From an uncultured virus (IMG/VR IMGVR_UViG_3300046839_000025) (lineage: Duplodnaviria > Heunggongvirae > Uroviricota > Caudoviricetes), in IMG/VR virus record IMGVR_UViG_3300046839_000025: 64,000 nucleotides of DNA. One strand, given 5' to 3'. The notes under the pieces were generated by a model that saw only the letters and a list, made by a program, of their open reading frames with translations, did not search any database and was not told the DNA's origin. The position numbers and the translations under genes are program-made. Of the stretch, positions 1 to 9,145 are shown piece after piece (the stretch's first letter is position 1; the number at the start of each line of letters is the position of its first letter).

Positions 1-31
1 TTTAGATTTAATGATATTATTATACCATGAA

Positions 32-196
32 TCAGAACTTATCGAAATCCTCCTGTGTTGCCACGCGGGCATATTTCACGCTGTCATTTGCTTTCTCTGT
101 CCAGATGTCTAAGACAAGCCCAATGGAAAGAAGGTCCAGGTCGCGGACGGAGATTCCAATTTCTGTGCAGCGCAGAAGAAAAAGCGGGGTGGTCAT
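32..196 (-). CDS. Tail assembly chaperone, downstream (T-like) ORF; probably the C-terminal part of a -1 frameshift product
   Basis: MTTPLFLLRC...ATQEDFDKF; ATGA overlap with upstream chaperone; homologue at 63585-63749. Confidence 0.7.
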   Translation of the reverse strand: MTTPLFLLRCTEIGISVRDLDLLSIGLVLDIWTEKANDSVKYARVATQEDFDKF

Positions 197-567
197 TTCC
201 CGCTCACTTCTGCCAAGCCTTTTTTTGCCTGCACATCCGTCATCAAATTGCTTCCCCAGAGCTCTAAGATCTCCGGAAGCACCTGGTAGATGGAAAACAT
301 CTCGAACTGGTCGAGCCACTCGTCGATGGTCTTTGGAATCGACGGATCCGCATGATAAGCCATGATGTAGGCGACGTTTTCAAAAATCTCAAGATCGTCA
401 ATCTCAAGCTCTTCAGAGTCTGTCGCTTTAGCCCGGTAGGACTTTTCCAGCTTGGAAAGGTCCTTAAAGATATCCCGCTTGAATTTCAGCCGGTAGATTC
501 TTGGGATCGCGGCAGAAGAGCGGAAGGTGACCGGTTTTCCGCTGATTTCGATTTTTTTTTCAATCAT
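193..567 (-). CDS. Tail assembly chaperone (G-like)
   Basis: 124 aa directly after the major tail gene; FRSSAAIPRIYR motif; A7 slippery run near the 3' end. Confidence 0.75.
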   Translation of the reverse strand: MIEKKIEISGKPVTFRSSAAIPRIYRLKFKRDIFKDLSKLEKSYRAKATDSEELEIDDLEIFENVAYIMAYHADPSIPKTIDEWLDQFEMFSIYQVLPEILELWGSNLMTDVQAKKGLAEVSGK

Positions 568-579
568 GAATTAACTCCT

Positions 580-1191
580 TTACTGCCCGGAAGAAGATGC
601 ATCTGAAGAGGAAGACGCAGCTTTCTCTGTCGGAACGTAGACTGCCTTATACCATCCGTCATAGACCGTGGTATCTGTGGTGTCTCCAGATCTTGCTTTG
701 ACCAGGCCGTCTGATCTTGGGTCTGCCGTAATGGAGAGCTTCTCGGTGCCCGGTTCAATCGTGTCTTCTTTTGTTTCTGACTCTAAGGATGGGCGGGATG
801 CCGTGCAGTAGTAAAGGACGTGGCGAATGGAGTTGACGTCTCCATCAAACTCAAAGAGAAGGGCAAACTTCACGGTGTCAGTCAGGCCGCTCTTTTCTAC
901 CAGCACGCCCTTACTGTCCAGCTCTTCCTGCAGAATCTCGGTCCGAAACCACTCCGGAATCAAAGCAAGCTCAAGGTCACCGGAATAGCCGTTGTTTGTG
1001 ATGGAGCGAAAGTAGACGATGCCGTCTGCATAGAAGGCTTTGGTTTCACCTTCAGCGTCCAGGCTGATCGACACGGCTCCGGGGATTGCTTTAGGGGCTG
1101 CATAAGTAAAGCTAGACACGCCGTCCGTTACGGTTTCTGTCAGCTTTGCCGCGTAGACATTTTTCAGGTTGTATTTGACTTTATTTCCCAT
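580..1191 (-). CDS. Major tail protein (phi13 family)
   Basis: NKVKYNLKNV, FYADGIVY, GYSGDLELA motifs; position. Confidence 0.9.
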   Translation of the reverse strand: MGNKVKYNLKNVYAAKLTETVTDGVSSFTYAAPKAIPGAVSISLDAEGETKAFYADGIVYFRSITNNGYSGDLELALIPEWFRTEILQEELDSKGVLVEKSGLTDTVKFALLFEFDGDVNSIRHVLYYCTASRPSLESETKEDTIEPGTEKLSITADPRSDGLVKARSGDTTDTTVYDGWYKAVYVPTEKAASSSSDASSSGQ

Positions 1192-1194
1192 AGC

Positions 1195-1512
1195 TTAAAC
1201 CTCCAATTCGTAAAGGACTTCATAGAGCTTTTCCGACTCGATATAGACTTCGGTCTTGTCATAGAAGAGGCCGCGGCTTGTCAGCACGCGCTCAATATTT
1301 TCTTCTTGCTCTGGGTTCTTTTTGTCTGTGTAAAGCTCGATATGAAGAACGTGGATTTTCTGATAGGCGATGCCGTCTGCCGCAAAGTTGTCGCTCTCCG
1401 GAAGAAGAAAGCAAAGATAGGGTGGGGCAGGGGAGAAGCCTTCTTCAAAATGATCATAGGCAAGAGGAAGTTCCGTTTCTTCCAGCATCTCTACAATCTC
1501 GTCGTATTTCAT
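1195..1512 (-). CDS. Tail terminator/completion protein
   Basis: 105 aa between gp10-like and major tail genes; IELYTDKK, YIESEKLYEV. Confidence 0.7.
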   Translation of the reverse strand: MKYDEIVEMLEETELPLAYDHFEEGFSPAPPYLCFLLPESDNFAADGIAYQKIHVLHIELYTDKKNPEQEENIERVLTSRGLFYDKTEVYIESEKLYEVLYELEV

Positions 1513-1513
1513 G

Positions 1514-1897
1514 TCAGCCTCCTTTTAGTTTTTGTTTGATCAGTTTTTCAAGCTCCTCGTTTCCCTTCTGTTCAGCCGGGGCGATGTGAGGCCTTGCAGC
1601 GACTCTTCCTCCACCTCGTTTGGCGTGGCCGCGCTCTAAGAGGTGGGCAATCTGGTAGCGGTTTCTGGAGTGGACGACAAGGTTGATGCTGCTTGATGTC
1701 TCGCTTACTTTCTTTACGGACCAGGATTTCTTATATTTTCCGGTTCTTACCGGAGCAGAATCCCGAATGTCGGTCCGTACGTCTTTTGCGGTTTTCTTGA
1801 CCGCATCTTTCAGATCATCCGATGCAAGAGAAGCGTATTCTTTTAGCTCCTTCATGATGGCGTCTTCCATCTGATCGACTGAAACTTTCTTACTCAT
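1514..1897 (-). CDS. HK97 gp10-family protein
   Basis: APVRTGKYKKSW, HLLERGHAKRGGGRV motifs. Confidence 0.85.
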   Translation of the reverse strand: MSKKVSVDQMEDAIMKELKEYASLASDDLKDAVKKTAKDVRTDIRDSAPVRTGKYKKSWSVKKVSETSSSINLVVHSRNRYQIAHLLERGHAKRGGGRVAARPHIAPAEQKGNEELEKLIKQKLKGG

Positions 1898-2225
1898 TTC
1901 TTTTCTCCAAACTGCAGTTAAACTTGATGGAGTTTTTCTTGAAACCCATAGGGTTCACGTAGGTAATGTTGTAGGTCCTGCCTTCTGAAAGAATCCGGAA
2001 GTGAGTGGAGTCGACCTTTGAGAGTTCCGTGCACCAGCGGCAGGTAAAGTCTAACGTTTCCTCAGGCCGGATGACCTCCATATCGGTTTCTGATCCGGTG
2101 GACGACCCAACCGTCGCGTAACAGGCAAAATAATCCGTCCAAGAAGATCCTTGGTTCTTGTATTTGTCCGTCACGATTTCATTCTTTTGAAAAAGAATCG
2201 GGACGCGGAGTGATGCGATATTCAT
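1890..2225 (-). CDS. Head closure (head-tail adaptor) protein
   Basis: Size, position, GRTYNI motif. Confidence 0.8.
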   Translation of the reverse strand: MNIASLRVPILFQKNEIVTDKYKNQGSSWTDYFACYATVGSSTGSETDMEVIRPEETLDFTCRWCTELSKVDSTHFRILSEGRTYNITYVNPMGFKKNSIKFNCSLEKRNE

Positions 2226-2512
2226 TAAAACTGCTCCTTTCTTACGCCAAAGAGAAGAGCGCGAAGGGTCTGATTCAGTTCGTTATGGTCGGCTTCTTCC
2301 CGGTGCTCGTAAAGATAGGCGATGCAGTAGAGAATGGCAATGCGCATACGGATCAGGATCTTTTCTTCGCTTGCTTCCCATTCTTCATCGGTGAATCTTG
2401 CGATGTCCTGGACCTGCCTGGTGGCTGCCCCGATCAGGCTTTTGATCAGGTCATCTTCGTCACTAGAGCTTACGCGTAGATAAGATTTTGCTTCTTCCAG
2501 GGTGATTTCCAT
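2225..2512 (-). CDS. Head-tail connector (gp6-like)
   Basis: TLEEAKSYLRV...EDDLIKSL...AYLYEHRE. Confidence 0.9.
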   Translation of the reverse strand: MEITLEEAKSYLRVSSSDEDDLIKSLIGAATRQVQDIARFTDEEWEASEEKILIRMRIAILYCIAYLYEHREEADHNELNQTLRALLFGVRKEQF

Positions 2513-2532
2513 AGGATGCCTCCAAACAAAAT

Positions 2533-2563
2533 GTGCTGCCCAAGGAAAATCCTCAGGCAGCGG
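2533..2563 (-). terminator. Hairpin after major capsid gene
   Basis: gctgcc...ggcagc stem followed on the - strand by a T-rich run. Confidence 0.45.
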
Positions 2564-2570
2564 TGTGCGA

Positions 2571-3776
2571 TTAACCTGCAGCCTTTACAGAAAGGCCTCT
2601 GACTGCTTCTGGAAGGATCAGCTTTCCATCCACACGTTCTGACGCGAGGAAGCCGATCTGGCCGTTTGCTGCGTAAAGCTCAGACAGCCTCTTGAAAGAC
2701 CGTCCCTGACAGTCTGCAATCCAGTAGTAAGAGAAATCTCCAAAGAGGATCGGCACCTTGCCTGCCGCAAGCTCCGGTGCGTAGATCGAAGTTCTATACG
2801 GGCGGTTTAAGATGGTGTCCGGCTGGCCGGCGACTACGGAGGGCTGCCAGATATAGTTGTTGTTTCCATCCTTGATCTTACGAAGAGCTTTGACGGTGGA
2901 GTCGTTCAGAATCCAGACGGCGCTGTTTCGATAGACGCTCCGAAGAGAGTGGAAGACGTCCATCATGGCATCAAAGTTGATGCTCGTGTTGCTGATTTCT
3001 GTCAGGGCTTCCTTATTTGATGCGACTTTGGTAAAGACGCCTTCCGGCTTCTTGCTTCCGTCTCCAACAAGGAAAGCCTCTTCTTCAGCTGCTCCGATTC
3101 GTCTAGCAAACTCCGTAGAGATGTATCCTTCCAGATCAAAGACCGAGTCGTTCATCAGCTCTTCAGACACCTTGATCGCGGTACCAAGCTTGTAGGCAGA
3201 CAGCGTGATCTGATCGAAAGTGTCGTCAGATTCTGGGTAAAGCCCGTTTTCATCCATCCAGGACGCAGTGCCGTGGGAGGCGACGATCGGGATGGTGTGG
3301 GTTCCGGACTGGGTCTGAATCACGTGAGCAATAGAACGGAAGAAGTTCTCATCGGTAAGAGCCTGAAGTAACTGCCTCTCATATTCATCTGGCACCAGGT
3401 AGCCACCGTTCGCGTCTGTACCAACTTCAAGAACGTTGTTCACATCAAACCAGTTGCGTCTTCTGATGGAGTCCCAGAAAGCGGTTTTGTAGGCTTTCGA
3501 AGAGGTTCCTTTTTTCTCCTCTGGCTCTGCTTTTACGCCAGGCTTTGAGGTAAGAGGAGATGAGGTCGGCTGATTTAACATCTGGTCGATCTGCTCCTGC
3601 CTCTGCAGGCGCTCAATGTCGCAGGTCAAATCAGTAACTTCTTTTTCCATTTTCTCGTAGGTTGCGGCATCTTCCTGGGAGACGTTTCCTCCGTTATCAG
3701 AATGCGTATCCAGGAATTCTTTTGCCGCATTCCAGGCCTTGGCTCTTTTCTCCATGAGATCTAAAATCTTAGTCAT
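2571..3776 (-). CDS. Major capsid protein, HK97 family
   Basis: Coiled-coil delta domain, GGYLVP, FGDFSYYWIAD. Confidence 0.95.
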   Translation of the reverse strand: MTKILDLMEKRAKAWNAAKEFLDTHSDNGGNVSQEDAATYEKMEKEVTDLTCDIERLQRQEQIDQMLNQPTSSPLTSKPGVKAEPEEKKGTSSKAYKTAFWDSIRRRNWFDVNNVLEVGTDANGGYLVPDEYERQLLQALTDENFFRSIAHVIQTQSGTHTIPIVASHGTASWMDENGLYPESDDTFDQITLSAYKLGTAIKVSEELMNDSVFDLEGYISTEFARRIGAAEEEAFLVGDGSKKPEGVFTKVASNKEALTEISNTSINFDAMMDVFHSLRSVYRNSAVWILNDSTVKALRKIKDGNNNYIWQPSVVAGQPDTILNRPYRTSIYAPELAAGKVPILFGDFSYYWIADCQGRSFKRLSELYAANGQIGFLASERVDGKLILPEAVRGLSVKAAG

Positions 3777-3789
3777 TGTAGTTTCCTCC

Positions 3790-4515
3790 TTAGTGTGAGA
3801 GAAGCGCCAGGCGCTTCTTTAGTGAATCAACAGCTACTGTTGGCGCTGCTTTCTTCTGCTTTACCGGTTCTTTTGGGATGAGTTTGGAAAGAAGGGAGTC
3901 CGTAACTGCTTTTCTTGAAAACAGCATCTCAGGATCTTCTTCGTTTTCCTTTTCTCCCTCAGAAAAGAGAATTTCATCGGCAAACCCGAGTTTCTTTGCT
4001 TCTTTTGCATTCATCCAGGTTTCTGCGTCCATGAGCTGAGAAATCTTCCGCCTCGATAGGCTCGTTTTAATCTCATAGGCGTTTACGATGGATTCCTTGA
4101 CTTCGGACAGCATATCGATGGCCTTCTGCATCTCGCTTGAATCTCCAATCGCAACAGTCATCGGGTTATGGATCATCAGCATGGCAACAGGGCTCATGCA
4201 GACCTTGGTTCCTGCCATTGCGATCACAGAGGCTGCAGATGCAGCCAAAGCGTCAATCTTTACAGTAACATCATATGGGTAATCCATTAACATGTTGTAA
4301 ATCGAGGCGGCGGCAAAGACATCGCCTCCTGGAGAGTTAATCCAAAGCGTAATGTTTCCTTCGCCATCCTCCAGTTCGTCTTTAAAAAGCTTCGGCGTAA
4401 CTTCATCTCCAAACCAGGTCTCATCGGAAATTTCTCCGTTTAGGTAGAGGGTTCTTTCGCTTCCAAAGGAATCTGGAGTTTCGTTTCTTACCCAGTTCCA
4501 GAACTTTCTTCTCAT
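3790..4515 (-). CDS. ClpP-like head maturation protease
   Basis: INSPGGDVF, AASAASVIAMAG, MIHNP, ETWM. Confidence 0.95.
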   Translation of the reverse strand: MRRKFWNWVRNETPDSFGSERTLYLNGEISDETWFGDEVTPKLFKDELEDGEGNITLWINSPGGDVFAAASIYNMLMDYPYDVTVKIDALAASAASVIAMAGTKVCMSPVAMLMIHNPMTVAIGDSSEMQKAIDMLSEVKESIVNAYEIKTSLSRRKISQLMDAETWMNAKEAKKLGFADEILFSEGEKENEEDPEMLFSRKAVTDSLLSKLIPKEPVKQKKAAPTVAVDSLKKRLALLSH

Positions 4516-5849
4516 AAGGCTTTTCTCCTTTCCTGGATCCTCGCATCTGGCCGCGCCGACTCCTCGGTTTGTTCATCGTCCTTCTCACTCTCTTGCTCCT
4601 CTGTATTTTGACTCTGCGCAGATGCCGCGAAAATTCCGGCATCCTTGAGTTTCGTCATGTTTCCATTGATGAGGTAAAGGTCTCCGCCTTCTTCTTCTGG
4701 AATCCGGTCCAGGTTCTCCAGCTCTCTGATATCGTTTGCGCTCATCCAGCCATTCTGCCGTCCGACAGCGTATCCGTTCATGCGGCTCTGGTAGTCTCCC
4801 CGAAGAAGTCCGTCCACGTTGAACTTAAAGAAGTAGTCCTTCTTTTCCTCAGGGCGGAGGAGTGCACGTTTCATGGACTGCTCCCAGCGACAGACCCAGG
4901 GGTCCAGCGTGTACTTTACAAACTCAAGAGACTGCTGCTCAATGTTACTGAAGCTGGATTTTTCCAGGTCTCCAATCATATGAGGAGGGATGCGGAAAAT
5001 ACGCGCGATCTCATCGATCTGAAACTTTCTCGTCTCAAGAAACTGCGCCTGCTCAGGCGAGATTGAAATTGGCGTGTACTTCATGCCTTCTTCAAGAACG
5101 GCCACTTTGTTGGAATTGGATGATCCTCCAAAGGCTGAGTTCCAGCTCTGACGTACGCGCTCAGGGTCTTTCACAACGCCTGGATGCTCTAAGATGCCTC
5201 CTGGCGTCGCTCCGTTTGCAAAGAACTTACTTCCGTATTCTTCTGTCGCAATGGCAAGGCCGATCGCGTTCTTGGCCATGGCTATAGGAGAGTAGCCAAC
5301 GAGCCCGTCAAAGCCTAGACCTGGGATGTGAAGAACATCACGCAGGGACAATCGGACGAGAGAACCTTTCATCGTGTGGGCTTCCTCCTGAGAAGTCTGG
5401 TATTCATAGTAAAGCTGGCCGGATTGATCCCGGTCGACCGTCATCTTGTTTGGCATCAGAGGATACAAAGCAATGACTTCTCCTTTACCATTTCGGATGA
5501 TCTGCGCGTAGGCATTACCCCACAAAAGAAGGTGGGTCATCAGCGTTTCCCGAAAGACGAAAGACGTCATCTCAGGGTTAGGTTCATCGTGAAGGATGGT
5601 GTAAAGCGGGTGATCGACCGCTTTCTCTTTTGAGCCTTCCTCAGTGTATCGGTAAAGGTGAAGGGGGAGCCCTGCCACAGCTTCTGAAAGAATCCTGACA
5701 CAGGAGTAAACCGCCGTCATCTGCATGGCAGACCGCTCCGTTACTGCTTTTCCAGAAGTCGTTCCTCCAAAGAAGAAGCGGTACATGCTTCCTGAGGTGG
5801 AGTCTTTCGGCTTGTCCCTTGATTTAAAAAGTCCTGATAAGATGCTCAT
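4512..5849 (-). CDS. Portal protein, HK97 family
   Basis: AVYSCVRILSE, LLLWGNAY, IARIFRIPPHMIG. Confidence 0.95.
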   Translation of the reverse strand: MSILSGLFKSRDKPKDSTSGSMYRFFFGGTTSGKAVTERSAMQMTAVYSCVRILSEAVAGLPLHLYRYTEEGSKEKAVDHPLYTILHDEPNPEMTSFVFRETLMTHLLLWGNAYAQIIRNGKGEVIALYPLMPNKMTVDRDQSGQLYYEYQTSQEEAHTMKGSLVRLSLRDVLHIPGLGFDGLVGYSPIAMAKNAIGLAIATEEYGSKFFANGATPGGILEHPGVVKDPERVRQSWNSAFGGSSNSNKVAVLEEGMKYTPISISPEQAQFLETRKFQIDEIARIFRIPPHMIGDLEKSSFSNIEQQSLEFVKYTLDPWVCRWEQSMKRALLRPEEKKDYFFKFNVDGLLRGDYQSRMNGYAVGRQNGWMSANDIRELENLDRIPEEEGGDLYLINGNMTKLKDAGIFAASAQSQNTEEQESEKDDEQTEESARPDARIQERRKAL

Positions 5850-5860
5850 TTATACCTCCA

Positions 5861-7453
5861 TTAAATAAACAAGATCCCTCTGCTGTCATAGACCGACTCC
5901 CCAGTGTCGTTTCCGCAGCGGATTGCCCGGTCTAAGGCCATAACAAGAGCGACGGCTCCGTCGATCTTTTCAGTGGATTTCTCCTTATCCATCTTGATGT
6001 TTCCTGCAGGGTCAGTCCGGACATAAACGTTATCCATCATCCAGCGGAGAACCGGATGGCCGCCATGGGCGATTTTCTGATCCAGCGTCAGCCGCATCAG
6101 TTCTTTGGTGGGACTGCTCATGGAGGAAAAACCTTGGCCGAATGGCACAACAGTAAAGCCCATACCTTCCAGGTTCTGCACCATCTGAACCGCTCCCCAG
6201 CGGTCAAAGGCGATCTCTCTGATGTTGTACTTTTCTCCAAGGCGCTCGATGAATTTTTCGATGAAGCCGTAGTGGATGACATTTCCTTCGGTTGTCTGGA
6301 TTGCGCCTCGCTTTTGCCAGAGGTCGTAAGGAACGTGATCTCTTCGGACGCGTAAATCCAGCGTATCTTCCGGCAGCCAGAAGTAGGGGAGAACGACGTA
6401 TTTATCATTTTCATCTTCTGGAGGGAACACGAGAACGAAGGCCGTGATGTCCGTGGTGGAGGAAAGGTCCAGGCCGCCGTAACACACACGACCGTAGAGG
6501 TCTTCTTCCCTGACTCTAAAGGAGCAGGCGTCCCATTTATCCATCGGCATCCAGCGCACGGACTGCTTGACCCACTGATCAAGGCGGAGCTGTCTAAAAG
6601 CGTTTTCTTCCTGCGGATTCTGCTTGGCAGATTCGCAGGCGGCCTTAACTTTGTCAATGCTGATGGTGACGCCAAGAGATGGGTTTGCTTTCTTCCAAAC
6701 CTCAGGGTCCGTCCAATCTTCATCCATAGAAGCGCCATAGATCACCGGGTAAAAGGTCTCATCGTGCTTTCTACCGCTTAGGATATCTTCTGCCTTCTGG
6801 TGAAGTTCATAACAGATAGAGTTTACGTCATTTCCTGCTGTCGTGATGATGAAGTGGAGGGGGTTCTTTCTTGCATCCGATGTTCCCTTTGTCATCATGT
6901 CAAAGAACTTCCGGTCCTTCTGGACCCAGAGCTCGTCAAACACCAGGCCGGACACGTTCACGCCGGACTTTCCCGCAACCTCCGCAGACACCGCCTTGTA
7001 GATGCTGTTAGTGGGGCGGAAGTGGATGGTTTTTCGGCTGGGCCGGATATCGCAATACTTGCTCAGGGTCTTATGGAGCTTCACCATGTCGCAGGCCACA
7101 TCAAAGACAAGCGAGGCCTGGTCCCGGTCCGCGGCGCAGCCATAAACCTCAGCCCGCTGCTCACCGTCTGCGCATAGCATGTATAAAGCGACAGCTGCGG
7201 CAAGCTCACTCTTTCCACACTTCTTAGGAATTTCGATGTAAGCGGTGGTGAACTGCCGGTAACCATCTGGCTTAAGGACGCCGAACAGGTCGCGGATGAT
7301 CTGTTCCTGCCATCCCATCAGGTGAAAAGGCTTGTTATAGAAGTCGCCCTTGGTGTGGGAAAGCTGCTCGATAAACATCACGACAAGATCCGCTGCTGTT
7401 TTGTCGTAATGCGAGCTTTCTGCCATAAATTTTGTGGGCTTGTATCTTTCCAA
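5861..7453 (-). CDS. terL: Terminase large subunit
   Basis: Walker A-like IPKKCGKSE, VFDE, GGLDLSSTTD, KIDGAVA; TTG start at 7453 after GGAGG chosen over the longer ORF call. Confidence 0.93.
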   Translation of the reverse strand: MERYKPTKFMAESSHYDKTAADLVVMFIEQLSHTKGDFYNKPFHLMGWQEQIIRDLFGVLKPDGYRQFTTAYIEIPKKCGKSELAAAVALYMLCADGEQRAEVYGCAADRDQASLVFDVACDMVKLHKTLSKYCDIRPSRKTIHFRPTNSIYKAVSAEVAGKSGVNVSGLVFDELWVQKDRKFFDMMTKGTSDARKNPLHFIITTAGNDVNSICYELHQKAEDILSGRKHDETFYPVIYGASMDEDWTDPEVWKKANPSLGVTISIDKVKAACESAKQNPQEENAFRQLRLDQWVKQSVRWMPMDKWDACSFRVREEDLYGRVCYGGLDLSSTTDITAFVLVFPPEDENDKYVVLPYFWLPEDTLDLRVRRDHVPYDLWQKRGAIQTTEGNVIHYGFIEKFIERLGEKYNIREIAFDRWGAVQMVQNLEGMGFTVVPFGQGFSSMSSPTKELMRLTLDQKIAHGGHPVLRWMMDNVYVRTDPAGNIKMDKEKSTEKIDGAVALVMALDRAIRCGNDTGESVYDSRGILFI

Positions 7454-7543
7454 GGTTATTCCTCCAGGACAAAAGAAAAAGACCGCCGGAGCGATCTTGT
7501 GTATAAAAAACAAGAACAGGAGCCTTATCGGCTCCAATCTTTC

Positions 7544-7837
7544 TTACGCTTCAATCGCCTGATCAAAGGCGTCGAGCTCCTCGTTTGTGTAAAGGTCCGT
7601 CCAGTCGGCATCATCAGGTTCCTTCATGTAGAGGATCCGCTCTTTGTCATCAAATCTCTTTGGGTCCGTCTTGATTGCGCAAGGGTGAAAGCCGTTCTGT
7701 TGGAAAAGATCATCTGCAGACTGTTTGTATTCTCTGCTTGCTTCTACTGGGATCGTAAGGATTGCTGATCTTCCGTAAAAGTCTCTTTTCAGGTTCTTCC
7801 AAAGGTAAGTGAATTCGTTTCTTTCTGCTCTTGTCAT
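7544..7837 (-). CDS. Hypothetical accessory protein
   Basis: MTRAERN... start with GGAGG RBS, downstream of a repeated promoter motif. Confidence 0.7.
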   Translation of the reverse strand: MTRAERNEFTYLWKNLKRDFYGRSAILTIPVEASREYKQSADDLFQQNGFHPCAIKTDPKRFDDKERILYMKEPDDADWTDLYTNEELDAFDQAIEA

Positions 7838-7879
7838 GGTATTTTCCTCCTGGGTTCTTCGTGTCTTTGCTTTTTGCAT

Positions 7880-7914
7880 GTACATATATCACTCTAAACC
7901 CTTGGAATAGCAAG
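7880..7914 (-). promoter_or_regulatory. Repeated cassette promoter motif, copy 1 (TTGCTATT-N6-TTTAGAGTGATATATGTAC)
   Basis: Near-identical copies at 8683-8717 and 9869-9903, partial copy at 44920-44947. Confidence 0.65.
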
Positions 7915-7943
7915 CTTTATCTGGGAATAAGATCATTCTATCT

Positions 7944-8168
7944 TTAGTTATATTGATGGATCAGGACCGCGTAGGCGAGCTGGCTTGTTTCATCTTCCGG
8001 CTCGATGTCCCAGCCCCGGTCATAGCGGAGCGTCGTTTTGCTTTCAACGCGGATCTCCATCTTGCTGATTTTTCCGCATTCGATGCCGTAGCCCGAAGGT
8101 TCATCATAGTGTTTTAGTTCGTATTCTACTGTTTTCCCTTCAATTTCAAGCGTTCCTTTTTCCCACAT
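7944..8168 (-). CDS. Small conserved phage protein (MWEKGT...YDRGWDIEP)
   Basis: AGGAGG RBS before ATG 8168; motif typical of this element family. Confidence 0.7.
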   Translation of the reverse strand: MWEKGTLEIEGKTVEYELKHYDEPSGYGIECGKISKMEIRVESKTTLRYDRGWDIEPEDETSQLAYAVLIHQYN

Positions 8169-8178
8169 GGCGGCCTCC

Positions 8179-8646
8179 TTATGCAATCGTAAACTCAATT
8201 CCGTTCTTTGTTTCTGGCTCGTTTGTTCCGAAGTGGTGGTCATTTTCTCTTGTAACAGTTTTGAGGGCTCCCATCTTCCAGGCGTTTTCGCAGAGCCCAT
8301 AGATTCCATCCATCAGGCCGGTGCTCTGGTCGGTGACTGTGATGGCGTCAATTCCGGCTTCCAGGAGCGTTTCCGCGAAATCTTTCATGTCCTTAGGCCA
8401 AGGCAGGTCTTCGACCTCGAAGCAGTCGGATCCGCGATAGTTCATGTTCTGGTAGGCCCAGTAGGCTTTCATCGCTCCGTCTGTGTAAGGAAATTTGTTT
8501 TCCTCTTCGAAGGCTTTCATCAGGGCGGTTCCTTCGTCGTATTTTTCTTCGTCGAAAAGTTTGCTGCGCTGCTTCTTAGCGGCTTCTTTCTTTTCCTGGT
8601 AGTCTCTTACTTCTTTGTACATGCTTTCAAAATATGCGTTTTTCAT
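8179..8646 (-). CDS. Hypothetical accessory phage protein
   Basis: GGAGG RBS; TVTDQSTGLMD motif. Confidence 0.7.
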   Translation of the reverse strand: MKNAYFESMYKEVRDYQEKKEAAKKQRSKLFDEEKYDEGTALMKAFEEENKFPYTDGAMKAYWAYQNMNYRGSDCFEVEDLPWPKDMKDFAETLLEAGIDAITVTDQSTGLMDGIYGLCENAWKMGALKTVTRENDHHFGTNEPETKNGIEFTIA

Positions 8647-8682
8647 GGTCTTTCCTCCGTTGTTCTTTGCTTTTCTTTGCAT

Positions 8683-8717
8683 GTACATATATCACTCTAA
8701 AGCCTTGAAATAGCAAG
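8683..8717 (-). promoter_or_regulatory. Repeated cassette promoter motif, copy 2
   Basis: gtacatatatcactctaaagccttgaaatagcaag. Confidence 0.65.
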
Positions 8718-8739
8718 CTTTATGTGAGTTTTTCCACCT

Positions 8740-8919
8740 TTATTTTTCGCTACCTGTCAGGATGAAATGAACGTACTCTTTCCGGTGTTCTTCGATGTAA
8801 AGAACCAGATCGTAGTAGTCATAATCGAAGGCAATCCGCTGCACAGAGTTTGTGTCTAGCATGTTAGTTAAACCGCTTCGCTGGATTGCGAGAATTTCAG
8901 TTTTGATTTCTTCAGTCAT
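8740..8919 (-). CDS. DUF5049-like small protein (not in ORF track)
   Basis: 59 aa MTEEIKTEILAIQRSGLTNMLD...EYVHFILTG translated by hand. Confidence 0.75.
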   Translation of the reverse strand: MTEEIKTEILAIQRSGLTNMLDTNSVQRIAFDYDYYDLVLYIEEHRKEYVHFILTGSEK

Positions 8920-9145
8920 GGCAAGTTCCTACTTTCCGTACGAGGTCTTCTCCAAAGATTACATTTAGGCCAGATCCATTATCCCAGTGGACCAGGATAG
9001 AGCCGGTGTCATCAACACCGTAGACGGTGCCAAGCGTTCCTTTGGGCGGCGCCTGGACATCATCCATTTTTATAAGCTCAACTCTCGTTCCGGCTGGATA
9101 GCCGGAGCGGAGAATCGATAAGGTTTCTTTTCCAATGATGCTCAT
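8912..9145 (-). CDS. DUF4314-like protein
   Basis: YPAGTRVEL..MDD..APPKGTLGTV..VDDTGSILVHWDNGS. Confidence 0.85.
   Translation of the reverse strand: MSIIGKETLSILRSGYPAGTRVELIKMDDVQAPPKGTLGTVYGVDDTGSILVHWDNGSGLNVIFGEDLVRKVGTCHD

Noticed and set aside
820..1539. Long antisense ORFs (this one, and e.g. 10638-11333, 48373-48987, 63077-63820)
   Set aside because: Shadows of well-supported genes on the opposite strand, with no motifs or RBS
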